Shown here: positions 35,754 to 47,200 of the stretch, in pieces | How positions within the stretch are numbered: the first letter of the stretch is position 1 | Layout of the letters: each line of letters begins with the position of its first letter | Source of the DNA: a virus | Virus record (IMG/VR): IMGVR_UViG_3300022843_000001 | Coordinates: 134,786-198,785 of that record | Reading direction: 5' to 3' (one strand) | DNA: 64,000 nt | The notes under the pieces: model-generated | Databases searched by the model: none | What the model saw: only the letters and a program-made list of their open reading frames with translations | What the model was told of the DNA's origin: nothing | Program-made: the position numbers and the translations under genes

Positions 35754-36491
35754 ATGAGCGCAAAAATATTAGTAAACGGTAAATCAGGTTCTGGTAAAAC
35801 TAACCTGTTAAAAACATTAACAGACGCATTTGTTATATCTAGAGACGGTAAACAATTTCCTTTTAGTATACCTCACATGATGGTACCAACATTTTATGAT
35901 ATGCAAATACTGACACAAGGAGGTCAAGTTGTAATAGACGGTTTAGAAGTTGACGTTGAAGGATTTTTTGATAAAGTTGAAAAATACAATGACAAAATGG
36001 GATTTTACCCTAAAACAATTGTAATTGACTCAGTTTCTAAAATCATGCAAGACATAATCGATTACGCAAACATAAACTTTGTTAACTTTGATATCCATTC
36101 TTATATAAATAAAGAAACAGCAGTGCTTACTAAATTTGTACAAGAAGATTTAGTAGCAGAAGGCATGAACGTAGTTATTATTAATCACGTTATGGACAAT
36201 GACAAAAAAGGTCTTATACCGATCGGTCAAGGCAAGTTTAAAGACAAAGGTGGTTTTTACGGTGAAGTAGATCACTCTATACTCGTAGAAAATTTAAAAG
36301 TTGTTCATCGTGGCGTAGAGAATCAAGCTAGAACTACTATTGCAACACTGCCTGATAGACAGCATATTGAAAATGACGTTAACCCTGCTAAAAGTAAAAA
36401 ACTAGCAGAAGGTGAAGTTTATTACAATTTGCAAGAACACATTGACATGATTTTGAAAACAGAAAATGACAATGCTGAATGGTGCTTTTAA
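35754..36491 (+). CDS. AAA_24/Sak4-like P-loop NTPase (recombination)
   Basis: GKSGSGKT, VIDS. Confidence 0.75.
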   Translation: MSAKILVNGKSGSGKTNLLKTLTDAFVISRDGKQFPFSIPHMMVPTFYDMQILTQGGQVVIDGLEVDVEGFFDKVEKYNDKMGFYPKTIVIDSVSKIMQDIIDYANINFVNFDIHSYINKETAVLTKFVQEDLVAEGMNVVIINHVMDNDKKGLIPIGQGKFKDKGGFYGEVDHSILVENLKVVHRGVENQARTTIATLPDRQHIENDVNPAKSKKLAEGEVYYNLQEHIDMILKTENDNAEWCF

Positions 36492-36934
36492 TGAATAAAC
36501 AGCTATTACATTCTTCTGGCAAAATTTCTTACCTTTTAGGTATAGACAAAGATAATGCAAAAGTTTGGCTAGAAGACGCTGTGTGGGATTGTAGTTGGTA
36601 TTGGGGATTTGGTTACATGGTAACTTACAATATATCAAAAACAGACATTACTTCACATACTCATTTTAACAGTTTGTTTAAAGAAGGCAAAATTACACTA
36701 TCAGATAACGGTATTAAAACACCTCTTTCAGCAAAAGAAGAATGGGAACTAGCTGAACTTATGAAAAGTTTTTACATACTAAGGGAAGCAGCAGATCTTT
36801 TACACCGTGGTGGAACACACATATCAAACAATCCTGCTTCAAAAGTTCTTAAATTACCAAAGTACTCAAATCATATAAATAAAGTACTACTGCCAGCTAT
36901 TTTTAAATCAGTTTTTAAAATACTGCAACCATAA
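36491..36934 (+). CDS. Hypothetical protein (WDCSWYWGFG family)
   Basis: TAATG coupling to the AAA gene. Confidence 0.7.
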   Translation: MNKQLLHSSGKISYLLGIDKDNAKVWLEDAVWDCSWYWGFGYMVTYNISKTDITSHTHFNSLFKEGKITLSDNGIKTPLSAKEEWELAELMKSFYILREAADLLHRGGTHISNNPASKVLKLPKYSNHINKVLLPAIFKSVFKILQP

Positions 36935-36982
36935 TTACCAACAAGGGCTGACACCCTTTACTAACCCATGAGGGACTAAAAC

Positions 36983-37687
36983 ATGTCATTTGCAAAGAAA
37001 AGCACAAATAAAGAAGACGTTAAAGCGTCAGCCAGTAACTACATTTCAGCATCTGGTTTTTACAACGTATCTGTATTAGCAGCTTTTGTTGATACGTCAG
37101 AAAAAGGATCTAATGTTGTTAACTTTTTCGTAAACAATGAAGGTCAAGAACAAGTTCTGTACGGTAACTTACGTGTTACTAACAGTAACGATGACAATGG
37201 CGATTCAGTAGAAAACAAAATAGGTATGAAAGTTTTTAACCATATACTAGTTGTTGCTGACATTGATACTGTTGCTGACCCTGTTGAAGGCGATTTGCCT
37301 ATTGGAAAAGAAGGTATAGACAAAACTGTAGCAATTCTCGAAGACCTACAAGATATTGACCTTGTTATGCGTATTCAACTTGAGTACACAAAATATATGG
37401 GCAAGATCCAAGAAAAGAAAGTGTTAAAAGCTGTCTATCGTGCTGGTGATAACGCAACTGCAGAAGAAATTGTTAATGATGGTAACTTTGGTGCTGGTTT
37501 TGAAAAAGATCAAAAATATAAAGACAACATCACATACAAAGATGACCTTACTGCTGAAGATATTGAAAAATGGGTATCTGGTGGACGTAAAAATACTGGT
37601 AGTAGTGGTGGTGGTGGAAAATCTTCAACTTCAAAAACACCTTCATTCGGTAATTCTGAAAAGCGTTTCGGCAATAAAAAAGCGTAA
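36983..37687 (+). CDS. Putative single-stranded DNA-binding protein
   Basis: Follows AAA/exonuclease genes; beta-rich acidic core with Gly/Ser-rich tail; inferred from context. Confidence 0.5.
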   Translation: MSFAKKSTNKEDVKASASNYISASGFYNVSVLAAFVDTSEKGSNVVNFFVNNEGQEQVLYGNLRVTNSNDDNGDSVENKIGMKVFNHILVVADIDTVADPVEGDLPIGKEGIDKTVAILEDLQDIDLVMRIQLEYTKYMGKIQEKKVLKAVYRAGDNATAEEIVNDGNFGAGFEKDQKYKDNITYKDDLTAEDIEKWVSGGRKNTGSSGGGGKSSTSKTPSFGNSEKRFGNKKA

Positions 37688-37875
37688 TGTGGAGTAGACT
37701 AGTTATTGGCTTTAAAACATTAATAACTGCCATACTAATTGGAGGCACAGTTGTTGCCTCTTTTTACGTAGGGTATTTGTTGTTAGTTTTAGTAACATTG
37801 CTGATTATAGTTGGAATAGCTTATCTGTTTTTTAACAGAGATAAGGTAGTCGAGTGGTTTAACTCAGATGATTAA
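37687..37875 (+). CDS. Small membrane protein (62 aa)
   Basis: Long hydrophobic stretch. Confidence 0.65.
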   Translation: MWSRLVIGFKTLITAILIGGTVVASFYVGYLLLVLVTLLIIVGIAYLFFNRDKVVEWFNSDD

Positions 37876-37881
37876 AATATT

Positions 37882-37903
37882 GGGGAGGTAACTCCCCTTT
37901 ATT
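37882..37903. terminator. Terminator between convergent arms
   Basis: GGGGAG-GTAA-CTCCCC then TTTATT, between convergent stop codons at 37875 and 37906. Confidence 0.8.
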
Positions 37904-37905
37904 CA

Positions 37906-40900
37906 TTAGTAAAAAACACCCTTAAAAACATTCTCAGGAACTACGCTTCCAACTCCAACAGACTCTAACGGCATGTGTGCAATACCACCGTAACGAGTAC
38001 TCATGTTAAGAACGTTAGCACTAAAGATAGTGTTCATGTTTCCTGTTACATACTCTTGTATAACCATTTCAGTAGACAAGTTAACAGGTTTATCTTTAAC
38101 CATTCTGTAAATAGCTTTCTGTATACGTAACCAGTAAGAAGGAAACATTAGTATACCTACGTCGCTTAGCTGTTTAACAGCCATAGGCAAGTTTTCTTTG
38201 TAATCAGGAAAAGAGTCAAGTACGTGTATTCGTGCTTGTGAAGGTGTCATTTTCTCATTCTGAATAGCATGTCTGTACAGAGTTTCTTTAGCAAACACAT
38301 CAATCCTATCCGTTACACTAGAACCTAATCTTACAATTTCACTATTTGGGCTAGTAGTAAACTGAGATACATAACCTACAACATCCTCGTCCGTCTTCAA
38401 TTCCTTAATACGATCAGTAACCATATCAAGTTGCTGTTGAGCACCTTTACCATAACCAGATTTACCAACTATCCCGCCAATATGACTTAAGAAGTCCTCA
38501 CCTTGAAAACCAATCTTATTTAACGTTTTAATAAAATGAGCTACAACATTCTTATTACCTTTTCTGTCTGTAAGCATGTACTCAAGTGCTGTTTGAACAT
38601 CAGCTTGGAATCCAGAAGAAGCATCAGAATTTTTAGCTACAAGATCAGAACCTAGAGAGTTAATAAAACCTTTGTTACCTAAGTTACCTACAGAAGTATT
38701 ATCAATCTGAGTTTTTAACGCAGTTATTCTATCCTTTATAGCTTGATTGTCTTTAGTACCTACTAACCTAACTTTTAGCTGAATAATTTCATTAGTTATA
38801 TTTTGATACTTATCATAGTCTTTAGATATTTCTAAAAAGTTTTTACCTATAAACAATGGTGAAGCACCTGCAACACTTAAGTAAGCTACGTTAGACATAA
38901 CATCAATAGCCCATTTAGCAGGGTTTACAACAACCATACCTATTTTAGAACCAGCTGTAAGGTCTTTTACTATTCTCATTGCCCACTTCATGTGGTGATT
39001 ATCAATAAGCGATTTAGAAAATCCACCTATAAGTAAATGAGACATGTCTTTTCTTACTAGCGTAATTTGGTCACTAAATTTTACACCGCTAGTTCCTTTT
39101 ACATCAGAAATTCTACCACCAACTGGTTTGTATCTAGCTCTAATAGACTTGTCTAATGTGTTGTAAGCTTTGCCATCATCTAGCTTAACAAACCAAGGGT
39201 TGTCCATGTTATCAGAATCAACTACTTCTTTTAACTTACCTAGATCTGTATCGTTTGTAGCAAGAAATCTATTTTCAGACATAACTATGTTATTTCGTAT
39301 TATCTGAGAATCCTTAATAGCCATGCTGTGTGCTGCACCTCTAACAAGAGTATTTACAAAGTCAGTCTCTATACCTAAAGTTTCTTTTTCAGCAGGACTA
39401 AGTACTACTTTAAATTTGTTACTTTCAGCTTTAACAACGTTAGAGTAGTTTATTTGACTAGCACTAGTTACGTCTACGTCTGTAGAACTCAACTTTATGT
39501 CAGTGTATGCTCCACGAAGTTCTGTAGAATCAATAAGCTTTTTGTAAACAATACCTAAATTGTCTTTAGTTGGATTTCTTAATACTTTCCAACCTGTTTC
39601 TTCACCTATTTCATAAGATCTTAAATCTTTAAGTTCTATAGCTTTTGTTTGATGAGATTCTTTGTAGTACTCAGGCAACATACTGTCTCTTAAACCTTCA
39701 GTACCTTCTACACCTAGCATAGTAACTCTATTAGCAATACTATTGTCTTTAACTAGGTTAACTAAATCAGTTTTAGCTAGGAATGACTCAAATTCTTTAT
39801 TACCTATTTTTTGTATGGACTTAAGAGCTAATAACTTTCTAATGTCTACACTAAATGTAGCACTATCTGACATAGCATAAGTAGAAGCTAAGTTGTACAA
39901 TTTGCCACCTTCTTTAGTACCTGCCTCAGTTTCTACAGTACGTTCTACGTTACGTTCAATTAAGTGATCTACATCTCTAATAGCAGACTTACTAACTTTT
40001 TTTATTTCAGTCTCTAACCGGGTTACTTCAGCGTCTATTTGACTGCTTGTAGTAATGTCACTAGCAAACACAAAGTAATCATGTAGCGGTAATTGAGTTA
40101 CAAACCTGCCTATAGTACTAACCTCATCTTTAGACACACCAGTAAGTGCTTTTTTAAACTCACTTTTTTGAAAAGCAATAGAAGAAATTTGCTGACCTTC
40201 CAGTAAAGCTGAATCAGCTAACAAATCTGCCTTGTTAACTTTATTAGTACCTTCACCAGTAATAGTTTGAACTAAACCTTGAAGTGCTTCAGACCCTTCG
40301 TAAATGCCGGATAATTTATCAGCAGCATCACTATAAAGAGGAAACAACCTTTTCATGTTTTTGTCTAAAGTGTTTAATAAACGTTTACCTTTTCTTTCAA
40401 TTTTACTGTTAAGCATACTAGATACAGCAGCATTTAAATAACGAAGTGAAGCTTTGTCTTGCATATCAGCAGCACTAGTTGTTTGTCTATTTTTTCCAGA
40501 AAACAAAACTGTTTCAAATTGTTTTTGCATATCTGTAATAAAGTTTATGTCTTCTTCTCTTTTACTTTTTCCTGAAACAATAACACCATTAATAGCAGAA
40601 AATAACTTTTCAGCATTAGGATCACCAATTTTAAAATCAGCGTAAGTAACATTATTAATAATAGTTATTACTTTATTTTTGACAAATTCTAATACTTTAG
40701 CTAATTTATTTTTAGAAGTGTTATTTAGTGAACTGTACACTTCAGCAGCTACATCAGGTTCTGAATTCATAATAGCAATAAATTCAGATAACATAGTTTC
40801 TTGTGAAGAATTTATATCAATGTAATCCATTCGTTCTTGAGTTTTATTACTAAAAGTTTTTCTTAAAACATGATTCATAGTTTTATCTATGTAAGCCATG

Positions 40901-43900
40901 TTTAAGTCTAATTGAGTACTGGTACCACTAGTTTTATTAGCAAATCTTTTAACCCAATCAATTACAACTCCTGCTGTAAAACTGTGAACTATTTCATGTT
41001 CAATAAGTTCTATTCTAGTTTTACGATCAGTAGAATTTTCTGAAATAACTACAGTATCAGTTTCAGTATCAAATTCAAATTCTTCACCTATTCTTACATT
41101 AGAACTGTTAGATCCTTCAAGAAAACTTTTAATAATAGGTGATTCTTCTTTGTACTGCTCTAATATAGTTTCTACGTCTGTAAGTGACTCAGTAGCTGTT
41201 TCTGGCTCACTAGCAGTTGTAGTAGTATTAGGAGCAGCATTATCAAATGCGTCCTTCATAGCTGAATTAGAAGGGTTAGCAGTAGCAGGTTCAGCATTAG
41301 GAACAGTAGCAGTCTCAACTTCTGTATTAGCATCAGCACCAGCAAACTCTCTGGCTTTTATACTGTTACCAATAAGAGCGTTAGTCTTCATGTTCATTCT
41401 TTCACTGTTAGCTATTTTAGCTTTAGCAGCTACTCTTGCATCAATCTTTGCTTTAAGTTTAGTAAACTTATCTGACTTAGCTAGTGCAGGATCATAAAAC
41501 TCAATAGAGTTTAGTACTTGTTGATGAGTGTCATACTCACCTAAAAGTCTTTTATTTAATCTTACGTAAGCTTCTTCTACAAGGCGTACAGTCTCTGTTG
41601 TGCCAATTATCTGATCGTGTACGACAATTGCACCGCTATCACCTAGGACTTCGTTTATAGCGTGATACATAAGCCCAGAGTCTATTCCGTGTATAACAGA
41701 CACATCCATTATAGATTGAAACAGTTCTTGTTTACGTGTTAGTACTGTGTGGCCACCTTCTTTAGCTAGGTCACTATCTCCGGTTAAAGGACTAGATACT
41801 TCAACAATTTTTGTAAGAGGCATACCATAAGTTTTAACTTGGTCAATACCAATACCATCTAATACAGCTCCAAAAGGAAGTACTTTCATTCTATGGTTAT
41901 CTTTAACTTGAGTAGCTAAATTATAAATGTCAGCACCATCTTTTCTAAAGTCTTTTAGGTAAGCTTCGTAAATTTCTGCCTGCATTATTTCATACAGTTG
42001 TTTAGGAACACCTTTAGTAATAAGAGCAGATTTAATATTAGAGTACAGACCTGATATGTCTTTTAAATCTTTACTGTCAGCATTTTTAAGACTTGGTGAA
42101 TCCATTAGGTCACCTAAGTAATCTCTAATGTTTTCGTCAGCTAGGTTGTCTATAATACGTTTAGCTAGGGTGTCAGCCATAGATTTAACAGCTCCTTTAG
42201 GTCCCTGTCCGTATATAAATACCATAGTAGGATCTTTAGCAAAGGCTCTTTCACCTTCTTTAGTACCACCAAATAACAAGTTTAAAGTAGTTTGTAATAA
42301 TTCTCTTACGTTGCCTTGGCCTATGTCTGGTGACATAACTAAACTGTCTTTTTTATTAATAAACCTGCTAGTAGCATCTGACATAAGTGCGTAAACGTCA
42401 TCTATTTTATTTTCGTCTAGTACTAAATTTCCATCTGCATCTGTAATAATACCTATGCTTTCCATAAACGTTTCTACATTGGCGTTAGTTCCTAATGCTT
42501 GTTGAAATGTTAATGTACCACCCTGTGCTGTAGCGTCAGCTGAATCCATAAGCTCAGTTTGTAAAGTGTCACCAGTATTATCTCTAATATCTTGAACACC
42601 TTTTAAAGTTACTAACAATGCTGCGTAGTCTACGCCTTGAAATCTTTCAGGTAGGTTACTTAAAGCTACTATTTTACGTTGCAGAGTTTTTGCATTTTCG
42701 TAACTTTTAAAGTCTTGTAAAGCAGCATCTAGATTAGCATTGCCACCTTCTACAATTTCTTTATAAGTCAGTTCTTTATCATCTAGTGTTTCTTTAATGC
42801 TGTACACAAGACGGTTAAAATCAAAAGACTTTACTTTAACTGACTGAGTACCACTAGTAAGCATGTGTCTGCTTTGTTTAGATGCATGAGCGTTTAACAC
42901 ACTGTTATCGTAGTAAAGTCTTATGTTTCTACCACCTTTCATTATCATGTGCAGTTCTTCAGGATTACCTTCAGAATTAACAAGCTGGTTATAAGTTTCT
43001 ATAATATCGTCTAAAGGTACTGTTTTAGATAAGTTTTGACCACTAACACTTTCTTGCCTATCAACAGAGTGATCATCAGAAGTTTTAATTCCAAATAAAG
43101 ACTTAATCATTAAAGGTTTATTTTTAAACTTGTCAGTTAAAAGTTTTGTAGCTGACTCACCTGTTTTGTCAGTTTCTTCTTTAATAAGTGCAAATAAATC
43201 ATGTACTGTGTTATTTACGTAAAGAGGATTATCAAATAATTTCTGTCTAGCACTTTGTGTACTAGGAGATTGAACATTACCATCAGGATCACTTTGAGCT
43301 ACATCAACTGAACCGTCCTGTTTACCTGTGTAAGGCATAGTAATATTAGATGGCTGTGTCACATGTCTTACAACAGATAACGTGTCTACTATGGTACCTA
43401 GTTCGGTACCGCTTAAGTCAGCTGCAGTTCTATTAAGAAAATGAGATGACTCCTGAGACAAAGTATCAGTAAGTTTACCGGAAGAACTAACTTTGTATTT
43501 AGAAATGCCTAGTTTACTTGTATTTAAAGAAACACTTTTAGCATTTGTTGTTGTAATTTTCTTTGACTCAAAAGTTTGTGTTATAGCTTCACTGTCAGTG
43601 TAATCACGAATAGTAGTTACATCATCATGAAAATTTACATAGCCTTTTTCTTCAAGTAGCTCTAGTGCTGCTATACCTTGAGTGTAATAAAGTTGCTCAA
43701 TTTCTGCTGCAGTCTTAGGACTTTCTTCCATAGACTTGTATCTAGCTTGGTTTTTGTACATCCATTTACGACCAATACTAGCAGCTAGCCTAGACAATGG
43801 TAGTACTGGAAGTATTCCATCTACAGACAATTGACTCATTTGTACGTCATTATTACGTGCTTTGTCAGACTCACCTTTAACTGCTTCCATAACTTCATGA

Positions 43901-44217
43901 AGTGCTATAGCTTTTGAAATACTGTCTTGATCTACATTATCGTTGTCTATACCAATAATATCTTCTTTAAAAGTATCAGCTTTTTGACCAGAATTTAATA
44001 TTCTTGTAAGAGCATTCTCTATTTTTAAAAGAGTAGGTTTAGATTCATCTTTACCCGGAAGTCCTTCAACACTATTAGTATTTACAAGTCTGTGAACATC
44101 TTCAGGTGTAATATTCCATACATTAAAACGCATGTTTTTTTCTGTATTAGGATCTATTTCTACACCATTAAATTCTTGAATGTATTTTAAATATAGTTCT
44201 GGTGAAGGACAGGACAT
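37906..44217 (-). CDS. Virion-encapsidated RNA polymerase (catalytic part) with zincin-like motif
   Basis: Motif A ADATAQG (42535), motif B RAFAKDPTMVFIYG (42211-42237), IHGIDS and motif C VHD (41614); HEIVH at 40984-40998; position equals N4 gp50. Confidence 0.85.
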   Translation of the reverse strand: MSCPSPELYLKYIQEFNGVEIDPNTEKNMRFNVWNITPEDVHRLVNTNSVEGLPGKDESKPTLLKIENALTRILNSGQKADTFKEDIIGIDNDNVDQDSISKAIALHEVMEAVKGESDKARNNDVQMSQLSVDGILPVLPLSRLAASIGRKWMYKNQARYKSMEESPKTAAEIEQLYYTQGIAALELLEEKGYVNFHDDVTTIRDYTDSEAITQTFESKKITTTNAKSVSLNTSKLGISKYKVSSSGKLTDTLSQESSHFLNRTAADLSGTELGTIVDTLSVVRHVTQPSNITMPYTGKQDGSVDVAQSDPDGNVQSPSTQSARQKLFDNPLYVNNTVHDLFALIKEETDKTGESATKLLTDKFKNKPLMIKSLFGIKTSDDHSVDRQESVSGQNLSKTVPLDDIIETYNQLVNSEGNPEELHMIMKGGRNIRLYYDNSVLNAHASKQSRHMLTSGTQSVKVKSFDFNRLVYSIKETLDDKELTYKEIVEGGNANLDAALQDFKSYENAKTLQRKIVALSNLPERFQGVDYAALLVTLKGVQDIRDNTGDTLQTELMDSADATAQGGTLTFQQALGTNANVETFMESIGIITDADGNLVLDENKIDDVYALMSDATSRFINKKDSLVMSPDIGQGNVRELLQTTLNLLFGGTKEGERAFAKDPTMVFIYGQGPKGAVKSMADTLAKRIIDNLADENIRDYLGDLMDSPSLKNADSKDLKDISGLYSNIKSALITKGVPKQLYEIMQAEIYEAYLKDFRKDGADIYNLATQVKDNHRMKVLPFGAVLDGIGIDQVKTYGMPLTKIVEVSSPLTGDSDLAKEGGHTVLTRKQELFQSIMDVSVIHGIDSGLMYHAINEVLGDSGAIVVHDQIIGTTETVRLVEEAYVRLNKRLLGEYDTHQQVLNSIEFYDPALAKSDKFTKLKAKIDARVAAKAKIANSERMNMKTNALIGNSIKAREFAGADANTEVETATVPNAEPATANPSNSAMKDAFDNAAPNTTTTASEPETATESLTDVETILEQYKEESPIIKSFLEGSNSSNVRIGEEFEFDTETDTVVISENSTDRKTRIELIEHEIVHSFTAGVVIDWVKRFANKTSGTSTQLDLNMAYIDKTMNHVLRKTFSNKTQERMDYIDINSSQETMLSEFIAIMNSEPDVAAEVYSSLNNTSKNKLAKVLEFVKNKVITIINNVTYADFKIGDPNAEKLFSAINGVIVSGKSKREEDINFITDMQKQFETVLFSGKNRQTTSAADMQDKASLRYLNAAVSSMLNSKIERKGKRLLNTLDKNMKRLFPLYSDAADKLSGIYEGSEALQGLVQTITGEGTNKVNKADLLADSALLEGQQISSIAFQKSEFKKALTGVSKDEVSTIGRFVTQLPLHDYFVFASDITTSSQIDAEVTRLETEIKKVSKSAIRDVDHLIERNVERTVETEAGTKEGGKLYNLASTYAMSDSATFSVDIRKLLALKSIQKIGNKEFESFLAKTDLVNLVKDNSIANRVTMLGVEGTEGLRDSMLPEYYKESHQTKAIELKDLRSYEIGEETGWKVLRNPTKDNLGIVYKKLIDSTELRGAYTDIKLSSTDVDVTSASQINYSNVVKAESNKFKVVLSPAEKETLGIETDFVNTLVRGAAHSMAIKDSQIIRNNIVMSENRFLATNDTDLGKLKEVVDSDNMDNPWFVKLDDGKAYNTLDKSIRARYKPVGGRISDVKGTSGVKFSDQITLVRKDMSHLLIGGFSKSLIDNHHMKWAMRIVKDLTAGSKIGMVVVNPAKWAIDVMSNVAYLSVAGASPLFIGKNFLEISKDYDKYQNITNEIIQLKVRLVGTKDNQAIKDRITALKTQIDNTSVGNLGNKGFINSLGSDLVAKNSDASSGFQADVQTALEYMLTDRKGNKNVVAHFIKTLNKIGFQGEDFLSHIGGIVGKSGYGKGAQQQLDMVTDRIKELKTDEDVVGYVSQFTTSPNSEIVRLGSSVTDRIDVFAKETLYRHAIQNEKMTPSQARIHVLDSFPDYKENLPMAVKQLSDVGILMFPSYWLRIQKAIYRMVKDKPVNLSTEMVIQEYVTGNMNTIFSANVLNMSTRYGGIAHMPLESVGVGSVVPENVFKGVFY

Positions 44218-47200
44218 TAAATTTTACACCTTGGATTTAGTTTAGTATAAAGAGCTTCAGCTTTTTTCTTGTCAGAAATAACTTGTGAAGGTTCATTATC
44301 AAATGATTCTGTCATAACTACCTCTGTTTGTACATCAGGAAAAGCTTGTTCAAATGCACTAAGTATTTCAGGGTACTTATCTAAAGAAGTAAAATTTCTT
44401 AGTAAGTTTTTAACTTCAGCAATATTAGTATAACCAGCTTCTTTAAGTTTTGTAATTATTTTAGGTAACGTAGGAGTAATTGTAGTAGAAACAATTGCTT
44501 GTTTAGAAGGACTATCTTCAACAGAAGCAATTATACTATCAAATGAACTTAGTTGTTTATTTATAGTGTCACGTTTCTTTTGTACTTCTGGTGTTACTTC
44601 AACAGTTTTTATTTCTTCAACAGCAGCTTCCTGTTTTGTAGAAGGAGTAGGTTTAGGACTAGGAGCAGCAGGTCTTTTAGGACCTACAACATTTTCTTTC
44701 TTTTCTGGTCCAACAACTAATTCTTTAGCAGCAGTAGCAGTATCTGTAACTGTTTTAGCAACTGAGTTGTAAGCATTTTCTAACTGTTTATCAAATTTAG
44801 CCATACCTTCTTCAGTTTCAAGATTAGGCATATCAGGCATATTAGGTAAGTCAGGTAAAAATTCCTTAACTTTTTTTGTAAAATCTTTAGAACTTTCTGA
44901 GTCTAAAAGACTTATCAATTCTTTTGTTGATTCAGCATTTTTAAAATACTCAACTAAACCTTTAGATTTAATATTTTTAGACAACTCAGCTATTTTAGCT
45001 TTAGCTTCTGTTCTAACAGGTTTACGTATTTTATTTGATTCTAGTTTTAACTTGTTAGTAAGTACACCTAGACTAACTTTGTTTTTGCCTTTTTTAACTG
45101 AATCAAGTTCTTTGTATTTATCTAGGGCAGCCTCAACAATTTCTAAAGAAGGTAAATCTGCTACTTTGCCATTTATTGTATCTGAAACAAGTTTAAATAC
45201 AGAGTCTGCTCCATTTTCTGAAAGAGCTGGACCTTTAGCAATATCTTTTAGCTCTGGCTTAATATTGTCTATAGTTGTTAAAGTATCGTTACTTTGACCT
45301 ATATTTTTTAAAGCTTGTTTTTTATTAGCAAGAGTTTTCTGTAATTTCTTGGCTAGGTCCGGGTGTTTTTTATCAATAACAGATATTACTTTTGTAAGAT
45401 CGTTTATTTCCATATCTTTAACAGCAGCTAAAACAGTATTAGAAGACTTAATTCCGTTTCTAAGACCTAACTCTATAACACCTCTAGCAGTACTAGATTC
45501 TAGATTTTTAACAATTTCTACACTTGCTGTACCAAGTGCAGTAACAGTTTTAACTAAGTTTTCTACAGGAACATTTTTTAGAAGTTTTTTAGCTTTTTCA
45601 GTACTTTTGTTTACAACATTAGTACCTACTTTGCTTACAACTCTTCCTACACTAGTTGCCATTAACTCTGTTTTTACAAGAGCTTGATCACTTCTAAATT
45701 GACTAATTAACTTAGTTTTTATAGAGTTAAATTGTTTTGGATCAGCAGCAGCTTCAGTAGTTATGTTCCCATTAGTTTGTATTTTTATGGTTTCTACACC
45801 TACTACGTCATCAGCTAGTAAGTCATCAATAGTTTTAGCATTTAAAACAGTGTCAATATTTTTTTCTTTGCCTGCTATTTCTTTATCTGCTATAGCTGTT
45901 CTTGCTGTTTCAGATTCAGACAATACTGCACGATCTGTTTCAGACAATAGTTCAAAACTTGCTTTAGTAAGTGCATCTTGACTTATTTCTTTAACTTTTT
46001 TACCACCTCTTACAGCAACACCTGCAGTTCCTACAACAGTGTCTAAAGCTGCACCAGCAACAACTCCCGGAGCAACAGTAGCACCTTTAACACCACCGCC
46101 TACCATAGCACCTACTAAAGCAGAGTAGTTGGCTTCATCTATATTACCTTCTTCATTAAGTTCATCTAAAGCAGACCTAATAGAAAAGTCATCCATCTTA
46201 GCTTGTAGTATTGAATGCCAAGTTTGTAAATATTCTAGTGTTGCTTCTAATCCGCCAACAGCAGACACTTTTACAGCAGCTTTTAGTACTCTTTTAGCAA
46301 CTTCTACACTGTATTTTTTAGGTATAGGAGACAATGCTTTTGAAATGTCTTTTGCATATTGTTTAGTAGCGTTTTTAGCAACTGTAACACCTGCTATAGA
46401 TGGCAAAGCACTCATAAATATAGCTCTATCAAACATCATAAGTGCTAAAGCAGCAGGAGCATTAACTAATTTGTGCATAACTGAAGACGCTTCACCATTT
46501 TCTTTAATGTAAGCTTCTTCATTTTGTTGTAATACAGCAGCAGTTGATAAACTTACTTGACTAGCTTTTTTACCAACAGACTTAGTAGCAGCTAGTGCTT
46601 TTTGTAATACGTTTAATTTTACACCTGCATCTTTAGCAGCTACTGCATCAGTAACAGCATCTGATATATCACCTATTGCATTAGCACCACGAAAAAGCTT
46701 TTTACCAAGCATAGGTAAACCACCAATACCAGCAGTACCAAGAGTACCAGCAATGCCTGACGCTATTGTTCCAGTTAAACTGTCTACAGCTAGTTCTGGA
46801 AGTACTTTTGCAGTTGTACTTATAGCGTCTATTACATTACCTGCTGCGTCTAAATACTCACCTTCTCTTAAACTTATTCTAGCGTTAGCTAAACTGTTTA
46901 TGCCTGAAGATGCTGCTTCATTAAGCTCTTGCCTTACCGTGGCTCTAACGTTACTTCTAACGTCAGCTTCTTCCATTAGATTAGGGTTAGATTCTCCTGA
47001 AGCAATATTTTTTATGTTGTTAAATTCTCTATCAACAGCAGCAGTACCTAATGAGTACAAGTCATTAGCAAAACTAGTACTATTTGCAAGACCACCATTA
47101 AATCTGTCTATGTTGTTAGCTTGTTCTTCAGACACAGGAGTAACTTTAGGTTCAGGTGTAAGCTTTTGTTGCTTACTTGCTATTTTGTCTTTTAAAGAAT

